A DNA stretch of 64,000 nt from Deltaproteobacteria bacterium. GTDB lineage: Bacteria > Desulfobacterota > Desulfobacteria > Desulfobacterales > C00003060. The notes below the pieces were generated by a model, which made no database searches, was not told the DNA's origin, and saw only the letters and a program-made list of their open reading frames with translations. The translations under genes were made by a program, and so were the position numbers. Every line of letters starts with the position of its first letter. Position 1 is the first letter of the stretch. This document shows, piece after piece, positions 1 through 11,989 of the stretch. The stretch covers positions 1,675 to 65,674 of the forward strand of contig QMMN01000008.1 of the NCBI GenBank assembly GCA_003647275.1, written 5' to 3'.

Positions 1-544
1 ATGAAACCCACTCTTTCAATCCAACCTTCAGTTAGACCAAAAAGCACAAAACCCCACCTCTCTTCATGAGAAACAGGGCCTTGGTATCCAGTTCATGGCA
101 TTCCTCGATTAGGGTTAAAAGCCATCAGTTCCAGATTTCAAAGGGAAGTTACCAACAAAGCAGATTTTTGTCAAGGATGCTGAAAGGTAATCAGCTGTTG
201 GGGTTAGCACTGAGGTGGGGATGGACGTAAAACTCCCTGATGCGGTGTGTCTGATACGTCAAGGGCTTTCCTTTTTTCCGTCTCTATGATATTCAGAATC
301 CGACTGTTATTGAGGTGAGCATCTCATTTTGTTAACCGCCCTCTTGCTACGCTTGTCTGAGACGCTGGGAACATAGAGGGAGATTTGTTTTTCCTGATCA
401 GAAGACGACGATCAGGTCAGCCTGCGGCGGACGGTATTGATCCCACAATTGCCATCTTTGAGCAAAGGCTTGTTAAAATTGATTAGCAAGACAGTTCCCT
501 ACTGATAATGATTTCCCGTGATACCTCCCTGACCACGTATCAAG

Positions 545-832
545 ATGATTGATAACGAGACAGATCCGCCAGAGTGCTTTGGTCAGCTTGACACGGTTTT
601 TCCTGTGGACGAGGAGGGGATACGCACAAGCCCGCCCGAATGCATGAAGTGCCCTCATGCCAAGTCGTGTTTGCAGGCAGCCATGCGCAGTCCTGAGGGC
701 CTCAAGCTCCAGGAACAAAAGGTGGACCAGGCCTATGAATATGGCCTGATCGGGAAGCTCGATCGCTGGTCTAGAAAGAAGCTCATTCGTCAGGAGATAA
801 AGGCCCTGGCTTCAAAGCGAAAGTCAAAATAA
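545..832 (+). CDS. hypothetical small Cys-containing protein (95 aa)
   Basis: ATG ORF. The N-terminal half carries PECFG...PECMKCPHAKSC (4 Cys, possible metal site) and the tail is basic. No family recognised. Confidence 0.45.
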   Translation: MIDNETDPPECFGQLDTVFPVDEEGIRTSPPECMKCPHAKSCLQAAMRSPEGLKLQEQKVDQAYEYGLIGKLDRWSRKKLIRQEIKALASKRKSK

Positions 833-926
833 ACATAATGCCGAATCAACCTGAAAAGGCACCTAGATTAGTTAATCTTACCATGTGCCTTTTCATAACT
901 GTTTTAATTGGAGGAGTTGATTGATT

Positions 927-1322
927 ATGGCAACAGAGAACCATAACGATATGTTCACCCGGGATGTTTTGCAAAAGCTATTTCCACCAGGCCGGGCAGA
1001 CCAGTTTTTTGATGCCCTTTACGGGGATGCAACAGAAGGTGCTTTTGATATAGCGTTGGAATTCAAGGGGCATAGCCAAAACAAACTACAGTTCGAGTTT
1101 CACCTGAAGCAGCGGCCAGACAAATGTCTGGCTTGTCATCTTACCTTTGGACTACCGGAAATATTCTCTCGTCATCCAATTATAAATACCACCGGGCTAG
1201 TTCAGGAAATTGAGCAACTACTAAATGGGCGCGCCAGGTGCACAAACTGGCAACTCGGCATGACCCAAGTCGTATCCAGTGAACTCCATGTTATTCCATT
1301 AACCCTTTTCTTGGATGGCTGA
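927..1322 (+). CDS. hypothetical protein (131 aa)
   Basis: ATG at 927 follows GAGGAG at 911-916. The ORF track starts at a TTG at 921. It contains one CLACH string but has no signal peptide. No family recognised. Confidence 0.5.
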   Translation: MATENHNDMFTRDVLQKLFPPGRADQFFDALYGDATEGAFDIALEFKGHSQNKLQFEFHLKQRPDKCLACHLTFGLPEIFSRHPIINTTGLVQEIEQLLNGRARCTNWQLGMTQVVSSELHVIPLTLFLDG

Positions 1323-1543
1323 CCCATGGCTCGCGCTAACATTAAGGCTGCTTTTAACCGGCCTGCTTCCCGGGCGCGAGACACTGGTACCAAGTAATCG
1401 ATAAAGAAAGCGACGTGTTGGTTATGGAACCTGTCGAAGGGAAGGATCTGAATGCGATTTATTTAATCCTGTGCCAAGCTTGACCAGCGTCACCACCAAG
1501 AGGCAAACCAAGAAACATGCCGGTTAAAGCGTGAGGAATCTCC

Positions 1544-2185
1544 ATGAGCGACTATCATCAGGAACAGTTCAAAGCGATTGTGTTGGTACGCAACCATCTC
1601 AAAACGCTTTCGCCTTCTGAACTGGCAAGGCTGAAAGCAAGGATAAGAAGCTATCTGCGATTTAGGAAGGAAGTGGACCAGTTCTTTCGACACCGTTTTT
1701 CAAAAGTCTGCACCCAGAAGTGCTACCAAAATCATTATAGTGCATGCTGCAATCGTGAAGGGATTATCACCTTTTTTGCTGATGTGGTCATCAATGTTCT
1801 GATGTCGTCAGGCAACGAGATGGACAGGCTGCTGCAGGTCCTTCGTGTTCCGAACCTTGGCCCGAAGTGTGTGTATCTTGGAAAAAATGGTTGCCTCTGG
1901 CGAGTAAAGCCGATCGTCTGTGAGATGTTTCTCTGCGAGCATGCTAGAAGAGCGGTATTTGACAAGGACCCCCGGGCGCTAAAAGCATGGGAAAAGCTGA
2001 AACGCAGAGAAAAAAGATACACCTGGCCAAGCCGTCCTATACTTTTCAATACCTTGGAAACATATTTTATCCAAGAGGGATATGCTTCCAGCCTGATGTA
2101 TTTTCACAACAGCCCGGGACTGATGAGGGTAAAAGCCCTGGCCAGAAAAAAGGGTACAAAGGAAAAAAGAAAACGTAAGGGCTGA
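1544..2185 (+). CDS. YkgJ/UPF0153-like cysteine-cluster (Zn/Fe-chelating) protein
   Basis: Cys cluster CTQKCYQNHYSACCNREG followed by CVYLGKNGCLWRVKPIVCEMFLC, which resembles the CxxCxxCC-family layout. Lys-rich tail. Confidence 0.55.
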   Translation: MSDYHQEQFKAIVLVRNHLKTLSPSELARLKARIRSYLRFRKEVDQFFRHRFSKVCTQKCYQNHYSACCNREGIITFFADVVINVLMSSGNEMDRLLQVLRVPNLGPKCVYLGKNGCLWRVKPIVCEMFLCEHARRAVFDKDPRALKAWEKLKRREKRYTWPSRPILFNTLETYFIQEGYASSLMYFHNSPGLMRVKALARKKGTKEKRKRKG

Positions 2186-2200
2186 AAGAATTTCTGCATC

Positions 2201-3934
2201 TCAGACGATACGCTTAAAGTCCTTTTCGATTTGGCGCAGGCTTCGGTGAACCAGGACCGGACGACCATGGGGACAATGGGTGGCATGTTGAAGGGTATCC
2301 AATTGTTTTAGGAGGGTGCTCATCTCTTCATCCGACAGCTTTTCATTGGCCCTGATGGCCCCGTGGCAGGCCATAATCGTCAGGCACTCATCCACTGCGC
2401 GATGGAGTCCAGTGGCAAGACCGATTTCAGCGACCTTTTCTATAATTTCCAGAACAAGGGGCTTCATAGGCTTACCCGCCAGGATGTCCGGGACAGCCTT
2501 CACCAGGTAAGTCCTTCCCCCAAACGGTTCTATTTCCAGGCCAATGTTTCCCAGGTCTTTCAACAGGGTGTCCAGGATACTGGCTTCCCGATGACTCAAC
2601 TCCAGCCTTTCAGGGATGAGCAGGCCTTGGCTGGCAACGTCTGAGTCGCTATAGGCCGCCTTGAGCGATTCAAAAACCACCCGTTCATGGGCGGCATGCT
2701 GATCGATGAGGACCAAACCATCTTCAGATTCGCACACGATATAGGTGTTGTAAAGCTGGCCAATCACCCTGAGAGAAGCAAAGGATCTTTCCGGCCACAG
2801 GCGAGGCGTGTCATCAAGGGGGCGGCTGTCAGAGACGGGCAAGGGTTTGGCTGTGGGTTCGCTGATTTTACCATACGGTGGAGAAATCGTGTAACGCCGG
2901 GGTCGCACAGGCTTGGGCAGGGGCGTGTGGCCCCATTTGAGGCGGTTTAGGGCCTGAAGTGTTGCTGTTACACCCTTTGAAACAGTGTCATAGACCTGCC
3001 TTGGCGCTTCAAACCGAACCGAGCTTTTGGTGGGATGAACGTTGACATCCACCTGATCGTACGGCAGTGTCACAAACAGCACTACCACGGGGAACTTCCC
3101 TTTCATCAGGTGACCTGCATAGCCCTCCCTGATAGCATGGTCGAGCATCTTGTCCCGCACAAACCGCCCATTCACATAAACGTATAATCCCCGCGAGGTT
3201 GTTCGTGTGATGTTCGGAGAGGCCACAAACCCGTGGACCCGGACGTTGCCGCCCTTGTGGTCCACTTCATATAAACGGTCTACCAAATCTCCCCCTAGGA
3301 CATCGACTATGCGATGCAGGGGGTTTGAGGTGGGACCCCAGTTCCCAAGGACCCTTCCGTTGTGTAAAAACTTAAAGTGGATACCAGGCCAGGCAAGGGC
3401 CATGCGTGTCACTGTATCGCTAATATGACCCATCTCGGTCTGCTCCGTCTTTAGGTATTTGCGCCTGGCAGGCGTGTTGAAAAACAAACGATTGACCGAA
3501 ACCATGGTTCCCTTAGGGGCCCCGATCTCAGCAACGGTCTTGATTTTTCCGCCTTCAACAATGACTCGCGTGCCCACGTCTGATGATGCCACCCTGGTCA
3601 CCATCTCCATGTCTGAAACAGATGCGATGCTTGGAAGGGCCTCTCCCCTGAATCCAAGCGTGGCTATGGAAAAAAGACTTTCTTCGTCATAGATCTTGCT
3701 GGTTGCATAACGCTCTATGGAAAGGAGGGCATTGTCACGATCCATACCAATGCCGTTATCAGAAACGCGAATGAGGGCGCGTCCACCCTTCTTGATCTCC
3801 ACCACCACCTTGGTGCTTTCGGCGTCAATGGCATTCTCAACGAGTTCCTTTACCACCGAGGCTGGACGCTCAACCACCTCACCAGCAGCGATCTTGTTGG
3901 ACAATACTTCAGGAAGGATTTTTATGCGGGACAT
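2201..3934 (-). CDS. mutL: DNA mismatch repair protein MutL
   Basis: N-terminus MSRIKILPEVLSNKIAAGEVVERPASVVKELVENAIDA (GHKL ATPase signature). C-terminal dimerisation region with QHAAHERV. Confidence 0.95.
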   Translation of the reverse strand: MSRIKILPEVLSNKIAAGEVVERPASVVKELVENAIDAESTKVVVEIKKGGRALIRVSDNGIGMDRDNALLSIERYATSKIYDEESLFSIATLGFRGEALPSIASVSDMEMVTRVASSDVGTRVIVEGGKIKTVAEIGAPKGTMVSVNRLFFNTPARRKYLKTEQTEMGHISDTVTRMALAWPGIHFKFLHNGRVLGNWGPTSNPLHRIVDVLGGDLVDRLYEVDHKGGNVRVHGFVASPNITRTTSRGLYVYVNGRFVRDKMLDHAIREGYAGHLMKGKFPVVVLFVTLPYDQVDVNVHPTKSSVRFEAPRQVYDTVSKGVTATLQALNRLKWGHTPLPKPVRPRRYTISPPYGKISEPTAKPLPVSDSRPLDDTPRLWPERSFASLRVIGQLYNTYIVCESEDGLVLIDQHAAHERVVFESLKAAYSDSDVASQGLLIPERLELSHREASILDTLLKDLGNIGLEIEPFGGRTYLVKAVPDILAGKPMKPLVLEIIEKVAEIGLATGLHRAVDECLTIMACHGAIRANEKLSDEEMSTLLKQLDTLQHATHCPHGRPVLVHRSLRQIEKDFKRIV

Positions 3935-3956
3935 CTCTCAGATTGAAATCTTGGCT

Positions 3957-4148
3957 TTAAGCCTCCTGGCCTTGGTCCTTCTCAGAGAAAAAGCGCATAA
4001 GAAATTCAGCATCTTTTGGTGACAGGTCAAACTTCACACACGCCTCCTCGATTGCCTTAGCCAAGCTCACATTTGATTCATAGCGAAGCTTGTCTGATAT
4101 CCACTTTGTTGCCTTTCTTAACTCTTCGCCTTCAGGCTGTATGCTCAT
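3957..4148 (-). CDS. hypothetical small protein (63 aa)
   Basis: ATG at 4148 is preceded by GAAAGGCAGGA. The upstream GTG at 4190 is less likely. Sits between gatA and mutL. Confidence 0.4.
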   Translation of the reverse strand: MSIQPEGEELRKATKWISDKLRYESNVSLAKAIEEACVKFDLSPKDAEFLMRFFSEKDQGQEA

Positions 4149-4225
4149 GTTATCCTGCCTTTCTCGCTTCAGGTATGTTTGTATGGTCACTCATGATAGG
4201 GAGGATATCCCCTCTCACAGAGTTC

Positions 4226-5683
4226 TCAGAGGTTGGGTCTTTTGGTATGGAAATCCGTTTCCTGTTCAAAATTGTATGCCACCCTGATGAGCTTTTCCTC
4301 ATCAAAGTGTTTGCTCAGAATCTGCAGCCCGATCGGGAGCCCATCCTTGCTGAATCCGCACGGTAGTGAAATTCCTGTTATTCCAGCCAAGCTGGGGGGT
4401 AGGGTAAAGATGTCTGACAGATACATGGCAAGGGGATCGTCCAGTTTTTCGCCAAGGTTAAAGGCAGGTGTGGGGGCCACTGGTGCAAGCAACACATCGC
4501 AGGTTTCAAAGGCTTGATTGAAGTCTTGCATAATCAGGGTCCGGACCTGGGAAGCCTTTCCGTAGTAAGCATCATAGTATCCTGCCGACAGGGCATAAGT
4601 CCCGATGATGATCCGTCGCTGTACCTCAGATCCGAATCCTTTTGACCGGGTATCTCGATACATTTGAATCAACGCTTCAGCTCCCTTGTCTCGAAACCCG
4701 TATCTCACGCCATCGTATCGTGCCAGGTTCGAGCTTGCCTCAGCAGGTGCGATCAGATAATAGACAGCCACAGCATATTCGGTATGGGGAAGCGAGACAG
4801 ACTTGCAGGTTGCCCCAAGGCCCTCGATCACCTTAATCGCGGCATGAACCGCCTGCGCCACATCCTCATCCAGGCCTCCTGCAAAATACTCCGTGGGTAT
4901 GCCAACCACGAATCCCTTGAGCCCTGCCTGCAGTACTTTCGTATAGTCCGGAACCTCGCGCGGCACAGATGTTGAGTCATTCGGATCATAGCCACAGATT
5001 GTATTCATGAGGATCGCGCAATCGGTCACGTCTTTGGTGATGGGGCCAATCTGGTCAAGGGAGGAGGCAAATGCGACAAGGCCAAAACGGGAAACCCGAC
5101 CGTAGGTCGGTTTTAGGCCCACGACACCACAATGGGAAGCCGGCTGTCGGATGGAACCACCTGTATCGGTACCAATCGCTGCAATGCACTCATCAGCGGC
5201 CACTGCTGCTGCCGATCCCCCGCTGGAGCCTCCGGGAATCCGCGTCAGATCCCACGGGTTCCGGGTGACCATAAAGGCTGAGTGTTCCGTGGAGGAACCC
5301 ATCCCGAATTCATCCATATTGGTTTTCCCGACAATGACAGCACGGGCATCCTTGAGTTTATTCACGACCGTGCTGCTATAAGGTGGGATGAAGTTTTCCA
5401 ATATCTTAGACCCACAAGTCGTTTTGATTCCCTCTGTGCAGAGAAGATCTTTAATAGCCAGCGGGATCCCTGTGAGCGGGCCACCTTTGCCCTGCCTGAT
5501 CATCTCGTCTGCAGCTTCAGCTTCAGCCATGGCCCGGTCCTTCACCAACGTAATGTAGGCGCCGATCCTGTCCTCAACCTGCTCTATGCGATCAAAAACC
5601 GCCGAGGTAAGCTCTACAGAACTGATTTCTCCCTTTATCAGGAGGTCATGGGCCTCGTGTATGGTTAATCGGCACAGTTCCAT
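4226..5683 (-). CDS. gatA: Asp-tRNA(Asn)/Glu-tRNA(Gln) amidotransferase subunit A
   Basis: Amidase signature [13 protein letters not shown]. 485 aa, directly downstream of gatC. Confidence 0.95.
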   Translation of the reverse strand: MELCRLTIHEAHDLLIKGEISSVELTSAVFDRIEQVEDRIGAYITLVKDRAMAEAEAADEMIRQGKGGPLTGIPLAIKDLLCTEGIKTTCGSKILENFIPPYSSTVVNKLKDARAVIVGKTNMDEFGMGSSTEHSAFMVTRNPWDLTRIPGGSSGGSAAAVAADECIAAIGTDTGGSIRQPASHCGVVGLKPTYGRVSRFGLVAFASSLDQIGPITKDVTDCAILMNTICGYDPNDSTSVPREVPDYTKVLQAGLKGFVVGIPTEYFAGGLDEDVAQAVHAAIKVIEGLGATCKSVSLPHTEYAVAVYYLIAPAEASSNLARYDGVRYGFRDKGAEALIQMYRDTRSKGFGSEVQRRIIIGTYALSAGYYDAYYGKASQVRTLIMQDFNQAFETCDVLLAPVAPTPAFNLGEKLDDPLAMYLSDIFTLPPSLAGITGISLPCGFSKDGLPIGLQILSKHFDEEKLIRVAYNFEQETDFHTKRPNL

Positions 5684-5719
5684 CTTAAAGACCTACTTTT
5701 TCTAATATACCAGTAACAG

Positions 5720-6007
5720 CTACCCTATTACCTTTGGAACAATAAAACCTCCGTCCTCAGACTCTGGGGCATTTGCCAAGGCACGCTCCACAGGCATGGA
5801 GGGCTTGACCTCATCCTCTCGAAACGCGTTGTTTATAAAAATGGCATGAGAGGTGGGACGTACATCCTCGGTGTCAACACGGTTGAGGGCCTCCATATAG
5901 GTTAGGATGTCTCCCAGTTGCTTGGTATATAGTGCTATGGCGTCCTCATCAAGATTCAGTCGCGCCAATTTTGCCACATGGACGACCTCTTCCTTGGTAA
6001 TCTTCAT
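5720..6007 (-). CDS. gatC: Asp-tRNA(Asn)/Glu-tRNA(Gln) amidotransferase subunit C
   Basis: 95 aa. MKITKEEVVHVAKLARLNL...E is a typical GatC N-terminus. Adjacent to gatA. Confidence 0.9.
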   Translation of the reverse strand: MKITKEEVVHVAKLARLNLDEDAIALYTKQLGDILTYMEALNRVDTEDVRPTSHAIFINNAFREDEVKPSMPVERALANAPESEDGGFIVPKVIG

Positions 6008-6055
6008 GACAATAAATATCTCCTTTGGGTGACGTGTCTATAGTCTACAGACCTT

Positions 6056-6700
6056 TTACTCGCGTACAATGATCGCTTCAAGCTTTTCCTGCTTCAGCCT
6101 GACAGCCTCCCGACCGGCCTCGCTGGAATCCTGAAAGTGACCGACCCGGACCCGATGATAGGGCCCTTTTTCAGGTACGTTGACAGTGACTACATAGGCA
6201 TCATACCCTTTACGTTTAAGACTGACTGCCATCTGCCTGGCCGTCTCGGCACTCTTGAAGGATGCGACCTGGATGGTCAAGAGCCCCTGCCAGCCTGTCT
6301 TGTTGACTTCAGAGCGTTTTGGGGGTTTTGCAGGGCCCTTTGCACTCTTCTTGCGAGCTTTTCGAGCTTTTGCAAACTTCGACCGGGCCTCTTCCTTTTT
6401 GTCTGTTAGGATCTCGTAAAAATCAAGGTCCGATTTTCCGGTAGGGTTATCTATCCCAATCTTAAAGCGTGCCCGCTCTTTTTTCAAGGCCTCCCCTTTT
6501 AGGACTATCAGCTCTTTCTTGAGTTTCTGCAGGTCAAAACGGACCGGAGAAAGACCGCGTCCTACGATAATACCCAGGATAAACATCCAGGCCATCGCAA
6601 GGAAGGCAATCCCCAGCCAAAGAAAAAGCTGTTTGCGGGTGAGCTGAAGGGGAAACCGGCTCCCTTTCCCTGGTGCTTTTTTATTTGATGTCTTGCCCAT
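6056..6700 (-). CDS. SPOR domain-containing membrane protein
   Basis: N-terminal TM helix (LFLWLGIAFLAMAWMFILGIIVG), a Lys-rich linker, and a C-terminal SPOR-like LTIQVASFKSAETARQMAVSLKRKGYDAYV...YHRVRVGHF. Confidence 0.8.
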   Translation of the reverse strand: MGKTSNKKAPGKGSRFPLQLTRKQLFLWLGIAFLAMAWMFILGIIVGRGLSPVRFDLQKLKKELIVLKGEALKKERARFKIGIDNPTGKSDLDFYEILTDKKEEARSKFAKARKARKKSAKGPAKPPKRSEVNKTGWQGLLTIQVASFKSAETARQMAVSLKRKGYDAYVVTVNVPEKGPYHRVRVGHFQDSSEAGREAVRLKQEKLEAIIVRE

Positions 6701-6715
6701 GCAAAGGTAACCTTG

Positions 6716-8389
6716 CTACATTATGTCTGGTGCTGACACACCCATCAGGGTGAGCCCATTCCTTATAATGATCCGGATCGCTGAGACCAGGTACAGTCTG
6801 GCTGCCGAGAGCTTGGCGTCATCACTGACGACCTTATGCTTGTTGCGGTCGTGATAGTAAGCATGAAAGGCTGCTGCCAATTCTTTCAGGTAGAACGGAA
6901 CACGATGCGGTTCCATCAAGCGGGCGCTTAAGGCCACGACCTCTGGATAACGGGACATGAGCTTAATCAGCTGAATTTCCTCAGGCAGCGTCAATATCTC
7001 ATGGAAGTCGTCGTGCCAGTCAATCTCCTTATAACCCCGTTCCGCGGCCTTCCTGAGGATATTGGAAATTCTTGCATGCACGTATTGCACATAATACACC
7101 GGATTTTCATTCGACTGCTGTTTGGCCAGCTCCAGATCAAAGTCAAGCGGACTCTCGTGATGACGCCACAAAAATAAAAAGCGTGCCGCATCCCGGCCCA
7201 CTTCGTCCACGACTTCCTTTAAGGTGACGAATTCGCCAGCCCGTGTAGACATGGCAACAGGCTTGCCACCTCGAAGCAGATTGACCAGTTGCACAAGGAC
7301 GATCCGGCACTGCGCCTTGTCGTACCCCATGGCTTGAATCGAAGCTGAAATGCGAGGAACATAACCGTGGTGGTCTGCTCCCCAGATATTAATAATACAG
7401 TCGAACTTTCGTTCAAACTTGTCCTTATGGTAAGCAATGTCCGGGGCAAAGTACGTTGTTGTCCCATTGGCCCGAACCACCACCCGATCCTTTTCGTCGC
7501 CAAAGTCCGTTGTCCGAAACCAAAGTGCCCCGTCATGTTCATAGATGATATCCTGGCTCTTAAGGTCTTGAATGACCGCTTCAACAGCGCCTGAGTCATA
7601 CAGGGACTGTTCGCTGAACCATTGGTCCAAGGACACACCAAATGTTTCCAGGTCTTGCCGAATCCCTGCAAGGATCTCATCGGCTGCAAATTTTGCGCAG
7701 ATCATGACGGCTTCCTCCTCAGGCATGTCCAGCAAGCGCTCACCCTCACGATCGATTAACATCCGGGCCAGGTCCTGGATATATTCTCCCTGGTAACAAT
7801 CCGCCGGGAAATCTATGGTATTTCCAAGAAGCTGGCAGTAACGAAGAAAAACGGAGCGTCCCAGGGTATATATCTGACGTCCGGAGTCATTGACATAGTA
7901 CTCCTTTTCCACCTCGTAACCCACTGCTTTCAATATGGCTGCCAAGGTATCGCCCACTGCAGCGCAACGCCCATGGCCGACGTGGAGGGGCCCCGTGGGA
8001 TTGGCACTGACAAATTCGATCTGTATCCGCTTTCCAAGGCCTACCTGTGAGGTGCCGTAAGCTGTGTCCTTCTTATGCACGGCCTTGAGAACCTCGTACC
8101 ACTTCTCCCGGGCAATGAAAAAATTGATGAAACCCGGTCCGGCCACCTCAGTCTTTGAGAGCAAATGATCAGGGTCCTCAATATGATCCAAGATGATCCC
8201 TGCAATCTCCTGCGGGGCCCTTTTTTGGCTTGCAGCCATGGTCATGGCCACATTGGTGCTGAAGTCGCCATGGGTTGCAATCTTAGGCGTTTCCAGTTCA
8301 ACGGGGGGCAGCCCGGTAGGTCGAAGATGGCCGGCAGCAAAGGCAGCTTCTACGGCTTGCTGCAGCAGCGCGGAAAGTTCTTGCTTCAT
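6716..8389 (-). CDS. argS: arginine--tRNA ligase
   Basis: Class I HIGH-type motif (ANPTGPLHVGHGR) and MSTR variant of KMSKS. 557 aa. Confidence 0.95.
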   Translation of the reverse strand: MKQELSALLQQAVEAAFAAGHLRPTGLPPVELETPKIATHGDFSTNVAMTMAASQKRAPQEIAGIILDHIEDPDHLLSKTEVAGPGFINFFIAREKWYEVLKAVHKKDTAYGTSQVGLGKRIQIEFVSANPTGPLHVGHGRCAAVGDTLAAILKAVGYEVEKEYYVNDSGRQIYTLGRSVFLRYCQLLGNTIDFPADCYQGEYIQDLARMLIDREGERLLDMPEEEAVMICAKFAADEILAGIRQDLETFGVSLDQWFSEQSLYDSGAVEAVIQDLKSQDIIYEHDGALWFRTTDFGDEKDRVVVRANGTTTYFAPDIAYHKDKFERKFDCIINIWGADHHGYVPRISASIQAMGYDKAQCRIVLVQLVNLLRGGKPVAMSTRAGEFVTLKEVVDEVGRDAARFLFLWRHHESPLDFDLELAKQQSNENPVYYVQYVHARISNILRKAAERGYKEIDWHDDFHEILTLPEEIQLIKLMSRYPEVVALSARLMEPHRVPFYLKELAAAFHAYYHDRNKHKVVSDDAKLSAARLYLVSAIRIIIRNGLTLMGVSAPDIM

Positions 8390-8469
8390 AGGATGCCTAT
8401 TAACGAGTTTTCAGACCCAAGTCAAGGATCAAGCGCGTGCTGTCCAAATCGCGACAATTGAAGTTGTAG

Positions 8470-9894
<1,425 letters not shown>

Positions 9895-9971
9895 GTGTCA
9901 TCCCGAGGAGCGGGCCGGTCAAAAACGGTCAACCAGACAAAGGAAAAGGTCTCAGGTTTTTGAAACAGCTT

Positions 9972-10574
9972 CTAGTCAAAGTATGAAGCCGCGACCTTAT
10001 TCCACAATCCCTGGACCCCGAGGATCAACTCGGCCACTTCTCTGACAGCACCTCTGCCGCCGGTCGCCAGGGTCACGTAATGGGCTACATCGAAAAGGTA
10101 CTCCGAGGCATCGGCCACAGCAACAGCGAGACCTACCCGGTTCATGGTGGTCAAATCCACCACATCATCGCCCACAAAAGCAACCTCCTCGAACTTGAGG
10201 CCCCTTTTGGAGAGGATCTTCTCAAGGATCGGGACCTTGTCCCTCACCCCCTGGAAGACTTCGGTGATACCTATATCCGCGGCTCTCCTGTCTACCATGG
10301 GAGAATTTCTGCCGGAAATCACGACCGTCTCTATGCCAGCCTGCTTTAGCATCTTTGTCCCGTGGCCGTCCCTGACATCAAATGCCTTGGACTCGGTGCC
10401 GTCATCGTGATAGTAAAGCCGGCCGTCGGTCATGACCCCATCCACGTCGAGGGCAACGAGCTTAATCCGCTCCACCCGCACCCGCACCTCGGCGTTAAGA
10501 CGCTTTACCACAGAAGGGGTTTTGACGCGTTCTTTTGTACCAGGCTTTTTCAGAAATCCTACTTTCATCGTCAT
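9972..10574 (-). CDS. kdsC: KdsC-family HAD phosphatase (3-deoxy-manno-octulosonate-8-phosphate phosphatase-like)
   Basis: HAD motifs LDVDGVMTDG and FVGDDVVDL with YrbI-like spacing. The exact start is uncertain. Confidence 0.75.
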   Translation of the reverse strand: MTMKVGFLKKPGTKERVKTPSVVKRLNAEVRVRVERIKLVALDVDGVMTDGRLYYHDDGTESKAFDVRDGHGTKMLKQAGIETVVISGRNSPMVDRRAADIGITEVFQGVRDKVPILEKILSKRGLKFEEVAFVGDDVVDLTTMNRVGLAVAVADASEYLFDVAHYVTLATGGRGAVREVAELILGVQGLWNKVAASYFD

Positions 10575-10620
10575 TGATGTCTCGCCTTTGCTTTCTAATC
10601 TTATTTCTAATCTTAAACGA

Positions 10621-11016
10621 TTAAAACAAAACCTTTAAGGAGGACTTTTGGGCTATCAAGTCAAAGTGTTTGTCTCTGTGAAGGATTGACGCATCATTTT
10701 CAATGCAGAGCAGGGCGATATATGTATCAATCAATGGCACAACAACGCCCTTTCTAAATAGCTCAAAAGAAAACTCAGATAATCTTTCCCAAAATTCTCC
10801 CTGTGCCGGCAGGTATATCAGCCCTTTTAACAAGTCGTTCAACCTATTGTATTCTCTTTTGTTTTTTGTGCCTCTCAAGAGTTCCGTCTTTATGATGCCG
10901 GGGAGTAGGACATTTCCCTTAATGATCAAATTTTTTACAAGATTACTGAGTCCACGATCACATTGGGGGCGAAAAGATTCAATCCAGGCAGAGGTATCTA
11001 TAATGACCTTATCCAT
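10621..11016 (-). CDS. vapC: type II toxin VapC (PIN domain)
   Basis: The MDKVIIDTSAWIE start is typical of PIN toxins. Overlaps the upstream antitoxin ORF by 8 nt. Confidence 0.85.
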   Translation of the reverse strand: MDKVIIDTSAWIESFRPQCDRGLSNLVKNLIIKGNVLLPGIIKTELLRGTKNKREYNRLNDLLKGLIYLPAQGEFWERLSEFSFELFRKGVVVPLIDTYIALLCIENDASILHRDKHFDLIAQKSSLKVLF

Positions 11017-11212
11017 CCTGTCTCGTTTTTTCTAGTTCTTCTAAGGTATATCCAAAATTATAATTTCCTATGAGGGAAGCTAGCCTCTCTCTCCTTTTAA
11101 CATTAAGGTAGGTCTTTATGGCCAAAACAATAGCCTCTTTTTTAACCCCTGTGTTAGCTTCTCTCAAGAGGTCCTTCATCAGGTCGTTGTCTATATCTAT
11201 AAGGGTCCTCAT
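11009..11212 (-). CDS. vapB: type II antitoxin VapB-like
   Basis: 67 aa with MRTLIDIDNDLMKDLL (DUF2191/VapB-like). Translationally coupled to vapC. Confidence 0.75.
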   Translation of the reverse strand: MRTLIDIDNDLMKDLLREANTGVKKEAIVLAIKTYLNVKRRERLASLIGNYNFGYTLEELEKTRQDG

Positions 11213-11228
11213 TTAGCCCTCCATTGTA

Positions 11229-11258
11229 ATATATAAACTTAAGCACTTAATATATATT
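11229..11258. promoter_or_regulatory. imperfect AT-rich palindrome upstream of vapBC (candidate autoregulatory operator)
   Basis: TTAAGCACTTAA (11239-11250) is flanked by AATATATA and TATATATT. It lies 17-46 nt upstream of the vapB start. Confidence 0.3.
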
Positions 11259-11513
11259 TAAAATAGAATTTTATGTCAAGACAAAACGCAACACAAAGGT
11301 CTCAAAGGGCCGGGTCCTTACAAACCGTAGCCCAAACAACCACGTTTCAGCTCTCAGCCCTCTGCATCCCTTTAAAAAGAAGCGCCCCTTTACAATCCCC
11401 TTAGAAAATGATAACTTATAGTTTATAAGCGGTTCAGCTCAACATGTTTTGTCCACAATGATGGATAAAGCTCTATGCGTTAGGCCTTCCCATTTTCTTG
11501 TTTTTAGAGGTTA

Positions 11514-11532
11514 AACAGGCTGTTGCCCAAAC
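11514..11532 (+). repeat. R2 motif copy upstream of the cupin gene
   Basis: AACAGGCTGTTGCCCAAAC. Confidence 0.6.
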
Positions 11533-11566
11533 AAAAATTCCTTTCCCAGCCTGTTGCAGAAAAACA

Positions 11567-11989
11567 ATGCTTAATGATAAATTTATGGTAGAAGACATCC
11601 CCATCACAAAAGAATTTCGGCGAAAAAAGCGTGTGCTGGAAGACCGCGGAGAACTGGTTCTTTTGGCAGACGGAGAAGAAATCAGGCATATTACCTTCTT
11701 TACCCTTAACCCTGGCCCAGACTTTTTTCGAGGTGGGCACTATCACAAGAAGAAAATTGAAGACTTCTATATCGTCTCTGGTAATTTGCGCATATTGCTT
11801 TGGGATATGGAAACCCAAGAAAATGATGTCATAGAAGTCACTGCTGGCCAGAAAGTGACAATTCACCCCATGTGTGCCCACAAATTCCAGGCAATTACGC
11901 CGTCACAGGTAATCGAATTTTATGCAACCCCTTATGATGCTGAGGATGACATCAAGTTCGACAATTTTGGGGAAATTCTGGGGGAATGA
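11567..11989 (+). CDS. cupin-fold protein (sugar-nucleotide epimerase/isomerase-like)
   Basis: GGHYHKKKIEDFYIVSG...IHPMCAHKF is a two-His cupin pattern. ATG at 11567 is preferred over the TTG at 11498, which would read through an intergenic repeat motif. Confidence 0.6.
   Translation: MLNDKFMVEDIPITKEFRRKKRVLEDRGELVLLADGEEIRHITFFTLNPGPDFFRGGHYHKKKIEDFYIVSGNLRILLWDMETQENDVIEVTAGQKVTIHPMCAHKFQAITPSQVIEFYATPYDAEDDIKFDNFGEILGE

Noticed and set aside
921-1322. CLACH string as a heme c attachment site
   Set aside because: It is a single CXXCH in a protein without a signal peptide or TM segment, so it is probably cytoplasmic and the match is likely coincidental.
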